A DNA stretch of 64,000 nucleotides from a bacterium (GCA_963669175.1 OY769902.1:2080001-2144000), one strand, 5' to 3'. Shown: positions 54,201 to 63,816, numbered from the stretch's first letter. Notes: generated from the sequence alone by a model not told the origin. A program made the numbers and translations.

Positions 54201-54418
54201 AACAACAACTCAACTTCACTCTCCCAAAAGTTGGATCAGTTAGACTGATTCTATACAACATTCTGGGACAACCTGTTTTGCAGATAGACTGGAATCAACT
54301 TCACCCCGGTTTTCACAGTAAATCCTATGATGCCTCAAGTTTAGCTTCAGGCATTTATTTCATTCACCTGCAAACAGGAAAGGAAGTAAGAATCCGTAAA
54401 GTCGTATTAGTGAAGTAA
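51209..54418 (+). CDS. Secreted double beta-helix protein with T9SS-type CTD, paralog of 47627-50863
   Basis: GGAG RBS; same block architecture; YPNPFN...RKVVLVK. Confidence 0.82.
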   Translation: MTRMNFPLQRDTLPAVVLRKAGHTVCQHHAPFSPQWFREDALCFFLLLLSLAFVPLVVPQTIHAETIVSGEVSGVWDTDGSPYLVTDTLIVAEGDTLLIEPGVTVEFQDQDSTNQTPFIIYGVISAQGSLEDSISFLSGEYPFYGFLTPQNYSDASIYLEYCIIDRAFYPIDVHIIQGVTLQHCRILSSETVLNNHSTSNIIEYCTINSYDGTVPTVSLHQTVNSRIENNRGDLELNIVSGTVEPIMGNTIRSLLYFAPYVVLYDNTFSNQVNFTNTEVEVYNNIFSSTVSFNISSGNAYNNTFNVIYIYQDNNLYLYDNYIYSESNTNIILLDESDTVIFRNNIIRGNGNGVDMDDCSCVRFVNNTFEFGTRILRQDNSTNVVINHNIFTGDRVDCTGYVLFSGDEPDSLAYNCFYNLSANVSGIELNETNQEENPCFAGGNPFDYHLQANSPCIDAGDPNSPDDPDGTRADIGCYYYDQSIDNPPVQTIPEEIIAQTGQMLRIQITATDDNGPFSFTFPDLPEWLSEEDELDWVSDTTAVSGTVPEEEEDFSFTVIVEDGEGQTDSSIVFINVDHRTLLSGEISGVLHVENSPFYVVEDIIVPEGDSLIIEPGCELQFRCFQDEEQFIQFECNGTLIAEGTETDSIYFHDDQQDEWDEGWYGTQLYSTQDTTRLAYCVFENSKQGISIWPNVPITIKHSRFYHTPSYAIRCAPGSFMILDSSVIIQEDPSYYSVKVATANAIITNSTFIYNYALPYNYLVIPLYVNESSSVRLINCSFDGGFRTNIVSNSTAEIRGCTYRDMRHGVIVSTGSTAQITNCLFERIGRQEYGEAAISTWRLPTEIANNVFHNCRIGVQFYAPSNNDTIPVIYNNLFLDNNVGLFSEDEPSELPWTQYNCFFGNDTLTWQCDISDSNLFCNPIIEDTLTYYLYDNSCLIDAGNPDTRYNDIDSTWNDIGLWGGPYGLSYTYPLIVQEDISLLPSKFEIVSLYPNPFNSQQQLNFTLPKVGSVRLILYNILGQPVLQIDWNQLHPGFHSKSYDASSLASGIYFIHLQTGKEVRIRKVVLVK

Positions 54419-54420
54419 CA

Positions 54421-54623
54421 GAAACTAGGGACAGACGGTAGTTTTTGTCCTTGTAACATATTGTATTAGCTTTTGTTGAAAATAGTCACCATCATCCCCT
54501 GGATTTTCTGAAATTTTTACCCTTCTCTTTTTTGCCTAGAAACTAGGGACAGACGGTAGTTTTTATACAAGCAATACTATACCAGGAGGTACACTCGTAA
54601 AAACAGCCATCAGTCCCCGGTTG
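54421..54623. repeat. Two REP-like GAAACTAGGGACAGACGGTAGTT elements with imperfect inverted partners
   Basis: Copies at 54421 and 54539; partners ACCATCATCCCCTGG (~54488) and AACAGCCATCAGTCCCCGGTT (~54602). Confidence 0.7.
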
Positions 54624-54923
54624 CGCTAGTTTCAGTTTCCGGACAAAGGAGTTGTCTTTGTCATCGTTGTGGTTGGGGTGTCACTATCCAGGGCATAGGC
54701 TTTCTGATGTAGCTGAGACATGGCAAGCAGTACTGTACCAGCAGGCGAAAGCTGGCTATCCTTGCCGGGGCGGGCAGTTTCGGGAATGGAGGTCAAAAAG
54801 TGTCCAGATATCTGAATATTGTATATATTTGTAATTATATAGGTTATATTCTCTGAGAAGAGTGGCCTGAAGGTTGCACCTATCCTTTAAGAATTTTTCC
54901 AGCAGGCCAGCACTGATTGCCCT

Positions 54924-57617
54924 ATGGCGAGACGATACGACATAGTAGGTTGGCTTACCGGCAACATGATGGGAGGGATGTTGCTCCTGATGTTGCTGGC
55001 ATTTCCTCTCTCTGCGCAAGACGTTGATTTTCCCGACGACAACGAAGTTCAACAGCAGCTTCAACTTACTCCGGCCTCCATTCGTCATATTCCATTACAA
55101 TCCACAGAATCGGGTAAGCCGTTTCTGCTAACTGCGCGGCTCATGGGAAATGTATATGTCGATGAGGTTGCTGAAGCGCGTGTCTGGTACTGTGAGTATG
55201 GCAGCGAATACTATGATTTCGTGGACATGTATCCCATTTCTCGTGAGTATTCAGCGTATATCCCGTTGGACCAACTGGCGGCAGAACGGATTGAGTACTT
55301 CATTGAATTTGTCATGGTTGACGGTTCAACGATCACTTACCCCGCGCTCGATCCCGATATCAACCCGGTGGTCGTTGTTGTGGAAGGCGCTTTGGGGGCG
55401 GGAGAAGTAACTCCGCCACTGGTGGTATTGAGTCCGGATAGGGGATCAATCTGGCGGGATAATGAAGTTCAGCTTGTGGTTTCTCTGAACCAGAATGTCC
55501 GTCTGATGAATGCCAGCACAATCCGGGTTAAGGTTGACGGACGTGATCGGACAGGCAGCATGCACATTACCAATGATTTAATCATCGGTACATTGACCAG
55601 ATTGAAAGATGGTCCGCACACGGTTGGTATCTATCTCGCCAACAGTGACGGGTATGAGCTGATTGAGGAATGGACGTTCAGGATCATCCTGCCTAAAATC
55701 ATCGCCTCAAGGCAGCAGGAATACCTCCATGGTGATGTACATTTCTCCGGTGTTACGCAGAATGTGAATGATGAGGCCCTGTCGGTAGGGCAGGAAACCA
55801 TACGTTTGCGTGGTAACTACAAAAAACTGTCCTACGAAGTAAAAGGGCGCTTCTCCAGCCAGGAAAACAAGACGCTTCAACCTCAGCACAACTATATGGC
55901 TACAGTCGCCACACCGCATGCACGTATCAAGGTCGGCGATATCAATCCGCACTATAACCGCCTGGTTCTGTATGGACGTCGCGTGCGTGGGGTTGAAATG
56001 CAGTTTGACTTCAAGTATTTCAAGATGCAGTTGATTCACGGTGATATGCGTCGGGCGGTGGATTCGCGAGTGTTGCGAGTTGATTCTACGCTCGTTGATG
56101 ATGATCCGTTAAATCCCTTCTACGAAGTAGATTCGACTTATCAGCGTGGCACTTATCGTCGTTGGGTCAACGCCATGCATTACAGCCTGGGTAAACCGGA
56201 TGTTTTGATGATGGGGTTTACCCTGATGAAGGTGAAGGATGATATTCATTCGATAAAAAATGGTCCCGCCGGACAGGACAACCTTGTATCCGGGTATGAT
56301 GTGCAGTTCTTCCTTGATAAAAAACGTGTCAGTCTTTCAATCGAGACGGGCTTCTCGCTGTACAATGCCGATATCCGTCCCGGTGCTATGGCTGAGTATA
56401 ATGATTACGCTAAATATATCGTGATCAACCAGTATTTCTCCCCGTTGCCCTCAGATTCCAGCGGCAATATGAGCGATGTATTAAAATCAATGATGGACCA
56501 GTCTTTCTCCTACCGTACCGAATTACGTCTGCAATATTATAATAATGACTTGCGTTTCGGGATCAGGAAGATCAACCGTGCATACCGTTCTCTGGGTGTA
56601 TCAGGGCTATTGTATGACACGCAAGGGTATTCCATCCGAGATCGTATTCGCCTGTTCCGTGGATTCCTGCATTTGAATCTCGGCTATGAAGGGCGTCATG
56701 ACAATGTACTCGGCAAGTCTGAGGTGACGACTTCAAACAACAGGGTCGAGTTCGGGATTGGTTGTCGTCCCTTCTGGATCGTACCTACCACACAGTTTAC
56801 CTACAGACGTGTGCTCAATGAGAACGATGGAAAAAGGAAAACCCTGGTAAGCGGCGATTTGCTGACTAATCCAATCTATACGGTTATCGACCAACGCCTG
56901 CACAATATGACCAACACTTACTCACTGTTGATGACCAAACGGTTGTTCTGGCTGGATTTGGAGCATGATCTGTCCTGGAATATGACTCTGTCCAGGCGTG
57001 ATGACGATTACAATTCCTATGGTGAAGCGGACCAGCAACTGTACAATCTGTCCGCGAATACGTATTACCCGGGCGGAATCAGCAGCAATTTCTACTTTGC
57101 TTCTGCGCATCAAGCCATTGGCGATGGACTCACTGATTTCAGATCCAAGACAATCAGCGCACGTGTCGAATATTCCATGTTGAATGGGAATTTGCTGCCC
57201 TTTGTCAGCACGTCGTTGAACTTCGGGAAAGGCGATCTACAGCACTCAACCATGTCACCCGAAGATCAGTACCAGGTGTCCGGTGCGGATATGACTGATC
57301 CGGACGTTATCGCTGCTATTGATACGTTGACCCTGACCACTGTGAGAAAATCGCTGATGGATGTGGTGATGATTGACTATACCATCGGTACGAGCTGGGA
57401 ATTCATGCTGAACCACCGGATTAGCGCCAGCCTCGGATTTGTCCATTACCTGGATCAAACCCAGATCGAATACTGGAATGGTGCAAGCTACCCTAATGAC
57501 CAGGTCTGGGTCACCAACTCCAGCGAGACCCTGCACATGACCTTCCAACAGCCCGGCGCGGTGCGTGGGCAAAGAAATGACTATACTGCACGGATCACGT
57601 ATAGCTATAGGTTCTGA
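54924..57617 (+). CDS. Hypothetical outer-membrane protein (N-terminal Ig-like domains, C-terminal beta-barrel)
   Basis: Signal peptide (…FPLSA-Q); amphipathic strands; terminal YSYRF resembling a BAM beta-signal. Confidence 0.65.
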   Translation: MARRYDIVGWLTGNMMGGMLLLMLLAFPLSAQDVDFPDDNEVQQQLQLTPASIRHIPLQSTESGKPFLLTARLMGNVYVDEVAEARVWYCEYGSEYYDFVDMYPISREYSAYIPLDQLAAERIEYFIEFVMVDGSTITYPALDPDINPVVVVVEGALGAGEVTPPLVVLSPDRGSIWRDNEVQLVVSLNQNVRLMNASTIRVKVDGRDRTGSMHITNDLIIGTLTRLKDGPHTVGIYLANSDGYELIEEWTFRIILPKIIASRQQEYLHGDVHFSGVTQNVNDEALSVGQETIRLRGNYKKLSYEVKGRFSSQENKTLQPQHNYMATVATPHARIKVGDINPHYNRLVLYGRRVRGVEMQFDFKYFKMQLIHGDMRRAVDSRVLRVDSTLVDDDPLNPFYEVDSTYQRGTYRRWVNAMHYSLGKPDVLMMGFTLMKVKDDIHSIKNGPAGQDNLVSGYDVQFFLDKKRVSLSIETGFSLYNADIRPGAMAEYNDYAKYIVINQYFSPLPSDSSGNMSDVLKSMMDQSFSYRTELRLQYYNNDLRFGIRKINRAYRSLGVSGLLYDTQGYSIRDRIRLFRGFLHLNLGYEGRHDNVLGKSEVTTSNNRVEFGIGCRPFWIVPTTQFTYRRVLNENDGKRKTLVSGDLLTNPIYTVIDQRLHNMTNTYSLLMTKRLFWLDLEHDLSWNMTLSRRDDDYNSYGEADQQLYNLSANTYYPGGISSNFYFASAHQAIGDGLTDFRSKTISARVEYSMLNGNLLPFVSTSLNFGKGDLQHSTMSPEDQYQVSGADMTDPDVIAAIDTLTLTTVRKSLMDVVMIDYTIGTSWEFMLNHRISASLGFVHYLDQTQIEYWNGASYPNDQVWVTNSSETLHMTFQQPGAVRGQRNDYTARITYSYRF

Positions 57618-57986
57618 TGACTCAAGTAGAATTTACAGGATGAACAGGATGAGAAGGATAGTCAGGATAAACGGCGCTGTTTATTTCCTGTGATTTTATG
57701 AAGTGCGCCGATTTCATCCTCATCCCCAGAGAGATATCCTACTTCTTTCTTGAGCGCAGGCGGAAACTATACGGGAAGGGGCCAGTTTCCCTTTTCACAG
57801 GTTCAGCATGAGTAATTTCGTGTGATCGCGAGGAAAAGGATTCAGTCCTCTTATATCGGCAATCTCATCATAACAGAATAAAATCGAGAATAGCTCTACT
57901 AACGAGAAAGTGCTATTGATATCAATCGCCAATAGAGTCTAAGGGGATATATAGTCTGCTTTCTTATTCTTTTTGAGACGCGAATA

Positions 57987-58015
57987 TTGATTTTTAGTTT
58001 GAACGTTTGTATACT
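57987..58015 (+). promoter_or_regulatory. sigma70-like promoter for the NYN leader
   Basis: TTGATT-N17-TATACT with extended -10 TG. Confidence 0.65.
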
Positions 58016-58029
58016 ATTTGTAGAAATCA

Positions 58030-58129
58030 ACCCAGCCGGTTGTGCCCCCTACCCCGAACTTTGGTTCGTAGCGTGGGGATTAGCCATCCGGCAAGTTTCG
58101 GGGTAGCGAGAGCTACCCCATTTTATTTT
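58030..58129 (+). ncRNA. Structured leader RNA / attenuator upstream of the NYN gene
   Basis: Nested stem GCCGG...CCGGC; hairpin GGGGTAGC-GAGA-GCTACCCC + ATTTTATTTT; alternative pairing CTACCCCGAA/TTCGGGGTAG. Confidence 0.5.
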
Positions 58130-58139
58130 GGAGGTTGAA

Positions 58140-58859
58140 TTGAAACGCGCAAATTTCTACATCGACGGTTACAACCTCTATCATGGTATCTGTGCTGCAA
58201 AAGATAAAACGCTTCTCTGGCTGGACCTTTTTGCAATGTGTAAGGCAGCCTTGGGCCCAAATGAAAAGCTACATCGTTTGTATTTCTTCACTTCTTTACC
58301 TGCTTCGCATTTACCCAGTTATCATCGTCATATCTCATTCATGAATCTACTGATCAATCTTGACCAGGAAAATCAATTAACAATTATCCATGGTAGGCAA
58401 GGCAAGGCAGAAAGAAGATGCAGGCGAGTTGAATGCAATGGGAAGTTTGCGAGATTTACGGAAGAGAAAGAGATTGATGTCGCCATCGGTACTGTGATGG
58501 TGCGAGATGCTATAAAGGGTTGTGTTGATTCAATCTACTTGATTTCTGCGGATTCTGATCTAAATCCTGCGTTAAAGATCATTTCCGAGGAAGACCAAAA
58601 AATAAAGATAAGTGTATTATGTCCACCCTTCAGATTTGGCAGGAATATTTACAATCAAAATGTGTCCATATCTTTTATGACACCAGCATTACTTGCGCCT
58701 TATCGTGCACCAAAACTACTATCATTTAAAACTCGCGGTACAATTCAGATGCCGGAAATCTGGGAACATGACAGTGACGTTCGACCTTACCTGCCTGAGC
58801 AACTATCATCGATTCGTTTACAGTCAAAAAAGAAGCGATACATTCCACCTGTCTGGTAA
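58140..58859 (+). CDS. NYN domain (LabA/DUF88, PIN-like) ribonuclease
   Basis: FYIDGYNLYH, EEKEIDV, LISADSDL.P; TTG start after GGAGG. Confidence 0.88.
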   Translation: MKRANFYIDGYNLYHGICAAKDKTLLWLDLFAMCKAALGPNEKLHRLYFFTSLPASHLPSYHRHISFMNLLINLDQENQLTIIHGRQGKAERRCRRVECNGKFARFTEEKEIDVAIGTVMVRDAIKGCVDSIYLISADSDLNPALKIISEEDQKIKISVLCPPFRFGRNIYNQNVSISFMTPALLAPYRAPKLLSFKTRGTIQMPEIWEHDSDVRPYLPEQLSSIRLQSKKKRYIPPVW

Positions 58860-58872
58860 ATAGATTATCATA

Positions 58873-60933
58873 TCACTTCCTCATCGGCGTCAGTCTGATC
58901 GCAATTCCTCCCCCGGTCGCATACCTGACATTCAGCGTATCCGCTGAAGTAACCTGTTGATTGTCAATGGTATAATCATACGGGTTCGTTTCCCAATCCG
59001 CATCCGGACCATCTGCATAGATTTCTGCGATATACTTTTTCCCGGGATCAAGGAAGTCAAGCGGAAGTTCAAACGAACGAGCTGTTTCATCAGTCACCCC
59101 GCCGATAAACCAGGCAGGTGTGGTGCGGTCTTTCCTTGCGATGGTTATAAAATCGCCGATTTTGCCATTGAGAACGATGGTCGTATCCCAGTCTGTAGAT
59201 ACATCCTCGATGAACTTGAAGCAGGGCTGGCCCTCATAATTCTGCGGCAGGTCGGCCGCCATATGAAGCGGGGAGTATAGGACGACATACAGCGCAAGCT
59301 GGTTGATCAGGGTACTGTTTACCCGGTTTTGGGGACGCGCTTCCGGGTAGAGAAGCTCAAAAATACCCGGTGTATAGTCCATTGGACCGCCGAGCAGACG
59401 AGTAAACGGCAGGATACAGACATGATCCGGAGGATTGCCGCCATCGCCGGACCATGCATTGAATTCCTGTCCACGAGCGCCTTCACGTGTCATCATATTG
59501 GGCCATGTCCGCCTTATTCCGGTTGGTTTAATCGGTTCATGCACATCAAGCATGATATGATACTTCGCCGCAGTTTCAACCGCTTTACGATAATGGTTTA
59601 CCATGTATTGCCCATGATGCCATTCCATGCTCAAGGTGTCACCGGTTGCCGGATCAAGACGAGCGATGCCACGACTATGCTGGACATAGCCGGATTTTAT
59701 CGTGTTGATATCGAGGCTGTGGTAAAGCGCATAGGCTTCTTCCATCTGTTTTTCATAGTTCTGAATACCTCCGCTGGTCTCATTGTGCGCGATCAGACGA
59801 ACACCTTTGGATCGGGCATAGTCAACCAGTTCATACAGGTCATAATCCGGGTAGGGATCGGTAAATGTGAACTTGTTGGCGTTCGCCATCCAGTCCCCGT
59901 CCCAGCCCTTGTTCCACCCTTCAACCAGCACACCATCGAACCCATGTTTTGCGGCAAAGTCGATGTACCGTTTCGTGTTCTCCGTAGTCGCGCCATGTTT
60001 TTCGCCGCTGCCCCATGTGGCGACATCCAGGTGCATCTCCCACCAGATTCCTACATATTTGCCCGGCTTGATCCAGGAGGTGTCCTCGATTTTACTGGGC
60101 TCGTTGCAATTCAGGATCAGGTACGAAGTTATCAAATCGCCCGCTGATTCAGCGATCTGGATCGTCCGCCAGGGGGATATGATGGGAAGCGAATTTCGGA
60201 CTTTAATACCATCAGCCCAGGGGACCAGGTCACATTCAAGCGTGTTATCGCCCTTGTTTGCCAGTGTCATACTGGCGAAGTCAGTCAACGCCGCCTCATG
60301 GAAACTGAGAAAAAGGCCGTCTACCGTTTCCATCGTTACAGGGGTATGGACTGTATCCAGCTTGCTGACCGGATCGTTTTGATAGAGGTACTCATAACGG
60401 TTCCACTGGTAGGCCGGGATATACCATGCGGAATGATCCCCGGCGAGGTGGAACTCGGTGACTTCGTCCATCAGCAGGAATTCGCCCGTCTTGTTTTGTT
60501 CAGGCAATTCATAGCGCAATGCGACGCCATCATCATACGCACGGAAATAGAAGTTCAGCTTCCAACCGGTCCTATGCTGCAACTCGACAATGAGCAGGGA
60601 GTAATCGTTGTCAATGTTGGCGACTTCACCCCAGGGCTGTGTCCAGCTCTCTTCAAACTGTTCAATCTTCGAATTCAACAGGGAAAAATCGCCGGTCAAA
60701 TCGATTTCATCAGCAAATTTTACCCCCAACCGGCTGGGAAGAATAACTTGCTTTTCGCCGTGTTTTACTGAATAGACAGGTGTCCCATCATCAAGCGTAA
60801 AGCTGATGGTATTGACTTGTTGGGGTGACTGGATGGTGATCGGTTCTGCTGCCTGAGCGACTACTCTTCCGAGCAGAACAGAGAAAGCGATCAGGAAAAC
60901 ACGAGTATACACGCTGGATAGAGACTGGAACAT
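58873..60933 (-). CDS. Glycoside hydrolase family 97 (SusB-like alpha-glucosidase)
   Basis: IKPGKYVGIWWEMH, VLVEGWN.GW, HNET, REGARGQE, GPMDYTPG. Confidence 0.93.
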   Translation of the reverse strand: MFQSLSSVYTRVFLIAFSVLLGRVVAQAAEPITIQSPQQVNTISFTLDDGTPVYSVKHGEKQVILPSRLGVKFADEIDLTGDFSLLNSKIEQFEESWTQPWGEVANIDNDYSLLIVELQHRTGWKLNFYFRAYDDGVALRYELPEQNKTGEFLLMDEVTEFHLAGDHSAWYIPAYQWNRYEYLYQNDPVSKLDTVHTPVTMETVDGLFLSFHEAALTDFASMTLANKGDNTLECDLVPWADGIKVRNSLPIISPWRTIQIAESAGDLITSYLILNCNEPSKIEDTSWIKPGKYVGIWWEMHLDVATWGSGEKHGATTENTKRYIDFAAKHGFDGVLVEGWNKGWDGDWMANANKFTFTDPYPDYDLYELVDYARSKGVRLIAHNETSGGIQNYEKQMEEAYALYHSLDINTIKSGYVQHSRGIARLDPATGDTLSMEWHHGQYMVNHYRKAVETAAKYHIMLDVHEPIKPTGIRRTWPNMMTREGARGQEFNAWSGDGGNPPDHVCILPFTRLLGGPMDYTPGIFELLYPEARPQNRVNSTLINQLALYVVLYSPLHMAADLPQNYEGQPCFKFIEDVSTDWDTTIVLNGKIGDFITIARKDRTTPAWFIGGVTDETARSFELPLDFLDPGKKYIAEIYADGPDADWETNPYDYTIDNQQVTSADTLNVRYATGGGIAIRLTPMRK

Positions 60934-61026
60934 GGTCGGTTACCGGTATGGTTGACGAATAAAAACAATGTACTGAAGGCAGGGTAATTTCACCAGAAGC
61001 GGGTTGTAAGAAACGGCTTGTCAGGA

Positions 61027-62340
61027 TCAATGAGGGATACGAATGGTAAAGCTTGTTCCCTGGTTTGGGGCGCTGTCGAGATGATAATCGAAACCGTGAC
61101 GTGAGAGGATCTGCTGCACCAGGGTCAAGCCGATGCCCTGACCATTGGGCTTGGTGGAGAAGAACGGTGTGAACAGGCGCGCTTGAATATCCTGTGGAAT
61201 GCCGCTTCCGTTGTCGCCTACTTCAAGTTCAATAGATTTCTGGTTACGTTTCCCTGCCAAACGTAGGATTCCATTCTCACCCATCGCATCCTGGGCGTTG
61301 CGAATCAGGTTGATGAATACCTGTTCCATCTGGGCGATATCAAGTGCGCAAATTCCAAGATTCTCTGGAATATCCACCTTGAGTTGAATGTTTTGCTGAT
61401 TCAGTTGCGGTTCGACCAGGTGAACAATCCGTTGCATGAATTGGTTCATGTTCACCGTTTCCCGTGTCGGTTCGGGGAGGCGGATGACATCGGCATAGGA
61501 TTTCATGAAACGGTTTAGGTTGTCGTTACGGTCGATGGCAACAGTTAGCGCGTTTTCGAAATCATTCCTGTCATCCTTCTCGAGCTGTTCCGCGTAGCCG
61601 AGACAGGATCGAAGGATGGAGTTGGTGGCGCCGACCGTGTTGTTGACTTCATGGGAAAGTGTGCGAATCAGGGTCTCATAGGCATGTTTTTCGGACTTCC
61701 AGAGTTCCTCAGTCAGTTCCACCAGCAAGAAAAAGCTGTTGGCAAAACCACGATCAAAATATTGAGAATGAACCGCCTTCACCTGGCGTCGATTTTCAAT
61801 CTGGAAAACGTGCGCTTCGCCTGTTTCCAAACCGGCAAGTTGTTGAAGGATCGGATTTGCGGATTCACGCAGTCTGGTCCCTGCAAGCTCATTCCCATCC
61901 GGGGAGAAAAAGCCCTGTGCCGCAGGGTTGATGGTGGTGATGACGCCATCGGGATCAAGGATAATCATTCCGGTAGGGGAGGCTTCCACCAGTTTTTCCA
62001 GGAAATATTGATGTTCTTCATTGTGTGTACGTTCTTCGCGCAGCCGTGTGATCATCTCATTATAAAGGAGAACCAACTTGTTCAGATCTTCCGCCTGCAC
62101 TTCTGTGAAGGTATGAGCAAAATCCCTTTCACGGATAAACTCACTGCCGGTTGAAACCAGTTCCAGGTGAAGATTAAAACTGCGAGTCATGCGGATGCCG
62201 ATGATCAGCGAAACCGCGACGACAATTTCGAGTAGTAATATCCACGGACGATAATCCGCCATCAGCAGCGCGATTCCGCCACCAAGGATGAGACCATGCA
62301 GAAAGAGGAGGTAAATGAGCAGACGTTTTCGAAGCGTCAC
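61027..62340 (-). CDS. PAS-domain sensor histidine kinase
   Basis: Two TM helices, LSHEVNN, NLIRNA, DNGSGI, PFFSTK..GQGIGL. Confidence 0.92.
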   Translation of the reverse strand: MTLRKRLLIYLLFLHGLILGGGIALLMADYRPWILLLEIVVAVSLIIGIRMTRSFNLHLELVSTGSEFIRERDFAHTFTEVQAEDLNKLVLLYNEMITRLREERTHNEEHQYFLEKLVEASPTGMIILDPDGVITTINPAAQGFFSPDGNELAGTRLRESANPILQQLAGLETGEAHVFQIENRRQVKAVHSQYFDRGFANSFFLLVELTEELWKSEKHAYETLIRTLSHEVNNTVGATNSILRSCLGYAEQLEKDDRNDFENALTVAIDRNDNLNRFMKSYADVIRLPEPTRETVNMNQFMQRIVHLVEPQLNQQNIQLKVDIPENLGICALDIAQMEQVFINLIRNAQDAMGENGILRLAGKRNQKSIELEVGDNGSGIPQDIQARLFTPFFSTKPNGQGIGLTLVQQILSRHGFDYHLDSAPNQGTSFTIRIPH

Positions 62341-63725
62341 GAGTCAATCCCGTATTTTTCCAAACGACGATACAGGGCATTCCTGCTGATACCAAGCGCT
62401 TCCGCAGTACGGGTAATATGACCTTCAAATTCCTGTAGCGCATTCAATATCATCTTTTTTTCCATCTCCTCAAGGGACATGCTGCCCGGCGCAGGAAACG
62501 CTGAAGCTTGAGATGGGGATTGGTGCATGTCAACCGCATGCTCGAGGTCATCGGCTGTAATGGTTGTTCCTGATCCAAGCAGAATAGCGCGCTCCACTGT
62601 CTGCCTGAGCTGACGAACATTGCCCGGCCAGGTCTGAGTGGACAACCAGTCGAGCGCATCGGGGGCAAGTTGTGCGTCGGTTCTCTGGTAACGTCTGCCG
62701 ATGTTCTGAAGGAATGTTGTCGCCAGGAGCGGAATATCGTTGCGTCGTTTTCGCAGCGGTGGCACATGGATGCGGATCAGGTTCAGCCGGTAGAATAAAT
62801 CCTCGCGAAACGTACCCTCACTGATAAGTGCTTCCAACTCACGGTTGGTGGCAGATAACACTCGCACATCCACTGTTTGGCTCTTGCTGGAACCGACCTT
62901 TTCAAAGGTGCGGTCTTGCAGGACTCGCAACAGTTTGACTTGCGATCCGGCAGTCAAATCGCCGATTTCATCGAGGAAAATTGTTCCCTCGTGAGAGGCT
63001 TCGAATCGTCCGGCCCGGTCCGTATGCGCTCCGGTAAATGCGCCTTTCACATGACCGAACATCTCGCTTTCAAACAGGGTTGTAGGGAGGCCAGCCAAGT
63101 TGACTTTAACGAACGGCTTGTCTTTTCGAACGCTGTTTCTCCAGATAGCATCGGCGATGATTTCTTTGCCGACACCGTTCTCGCCCGTGATCAATACCGG
63201 GGCGTCCGTTTTACTGACACGTCCCACAATATCCAGGATTTTCAGGAACTCGGGCGTTTCCCCGATAATCCCACTGAAATCATACTGTTGATCGAGTTGG
63301 GCGCGTGTGTTCAGCGAAGACTGATCCGAATCACGATTGGCGTCAATCAGGCCCAGTGTGGTGCGTACAGTTTGGAGTATCTGTTCGTTGGACCAGGGTT
63401 TGGTGATGAAATCCGCTGCGCCTGCCTTGATTCCCTTAACCGCCAGCTCGACAGATCCCCAGGCCGTTATCAGCACGACGGGAAGGGCAGGCCACTTCTG
63501 CTTGAACGATACCAGGAGGGCAAGTCCCTCACTGCCGGATGTTCGGCGTGAGAAATTCATGTCCTGGATGATCAGGTCAAACGCCTGTTGTTCAGCGGTG
63601 GAAAGCGCCTGAGAAGGCGAAGAGGCAGCCCTGACCTGGTAGCCGGCCTGCTTCAACAGGAGCTGAAGAGAAGTTGTTACCGCTTTATCATCATCAACGA
63701 CAAGTATGTTCTGTTGTTTAGGCAT
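62337..63725 (-). CDS. Sigma-54-dependent response regulator (NtrC family)
   Basis: VVDDD receiver, GENGVGKE, GAFTGA, FLDEIG, WPGNVR, Fis HTH. Confidence 0.95.
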   Translation of the reverse strand: MPKQQNILVVDDDKAVTTSLQLLLKQAGYQVRAASSPSQALSTAEQQAFDLIIQDMNFSRRTSGSEGLALLVSFKQKWPALPVVLITAWGSVELAVKGIKAGAADFITKPWSNEQILQTVRTTLGLIDANRDSDQSSLNTRAQLDQQYDFSGIIGETPEFLKILDIVGRVSKTDAPVLITGENGVGKEIIADAIWRNSVRKDKPFVKVNLAGLPTTLFESEMFGHVKGAFTGAHTDRAGRFEASHEGTIFLDEIGDLTAGSQVKLLRVLQDRTFEKVGSSKSQTVDVRVLSATNRELEALISEGTFREDLFYRLNLIRIHVPPLRKRRNDIPLLATTFLQNIGRRYQRTDAQLAPDALDWLSTQTWPGNVRQLRQTVERAILLGSGTTITADDLEHAVDMHQSPSQASAFPAPGSMSLEEMEKKMILNALQEFEGHITRTAEALGISRNALYRRLEKYGIDS

Positions 63726-63816
63726 CACACTTCCTTGTAAACGTATAAATATATGGATAATATCTATCAATGATCTACAGTGTTTTTCGAAAGCTAATCC
63801 TGATTCTATAGGGGTT

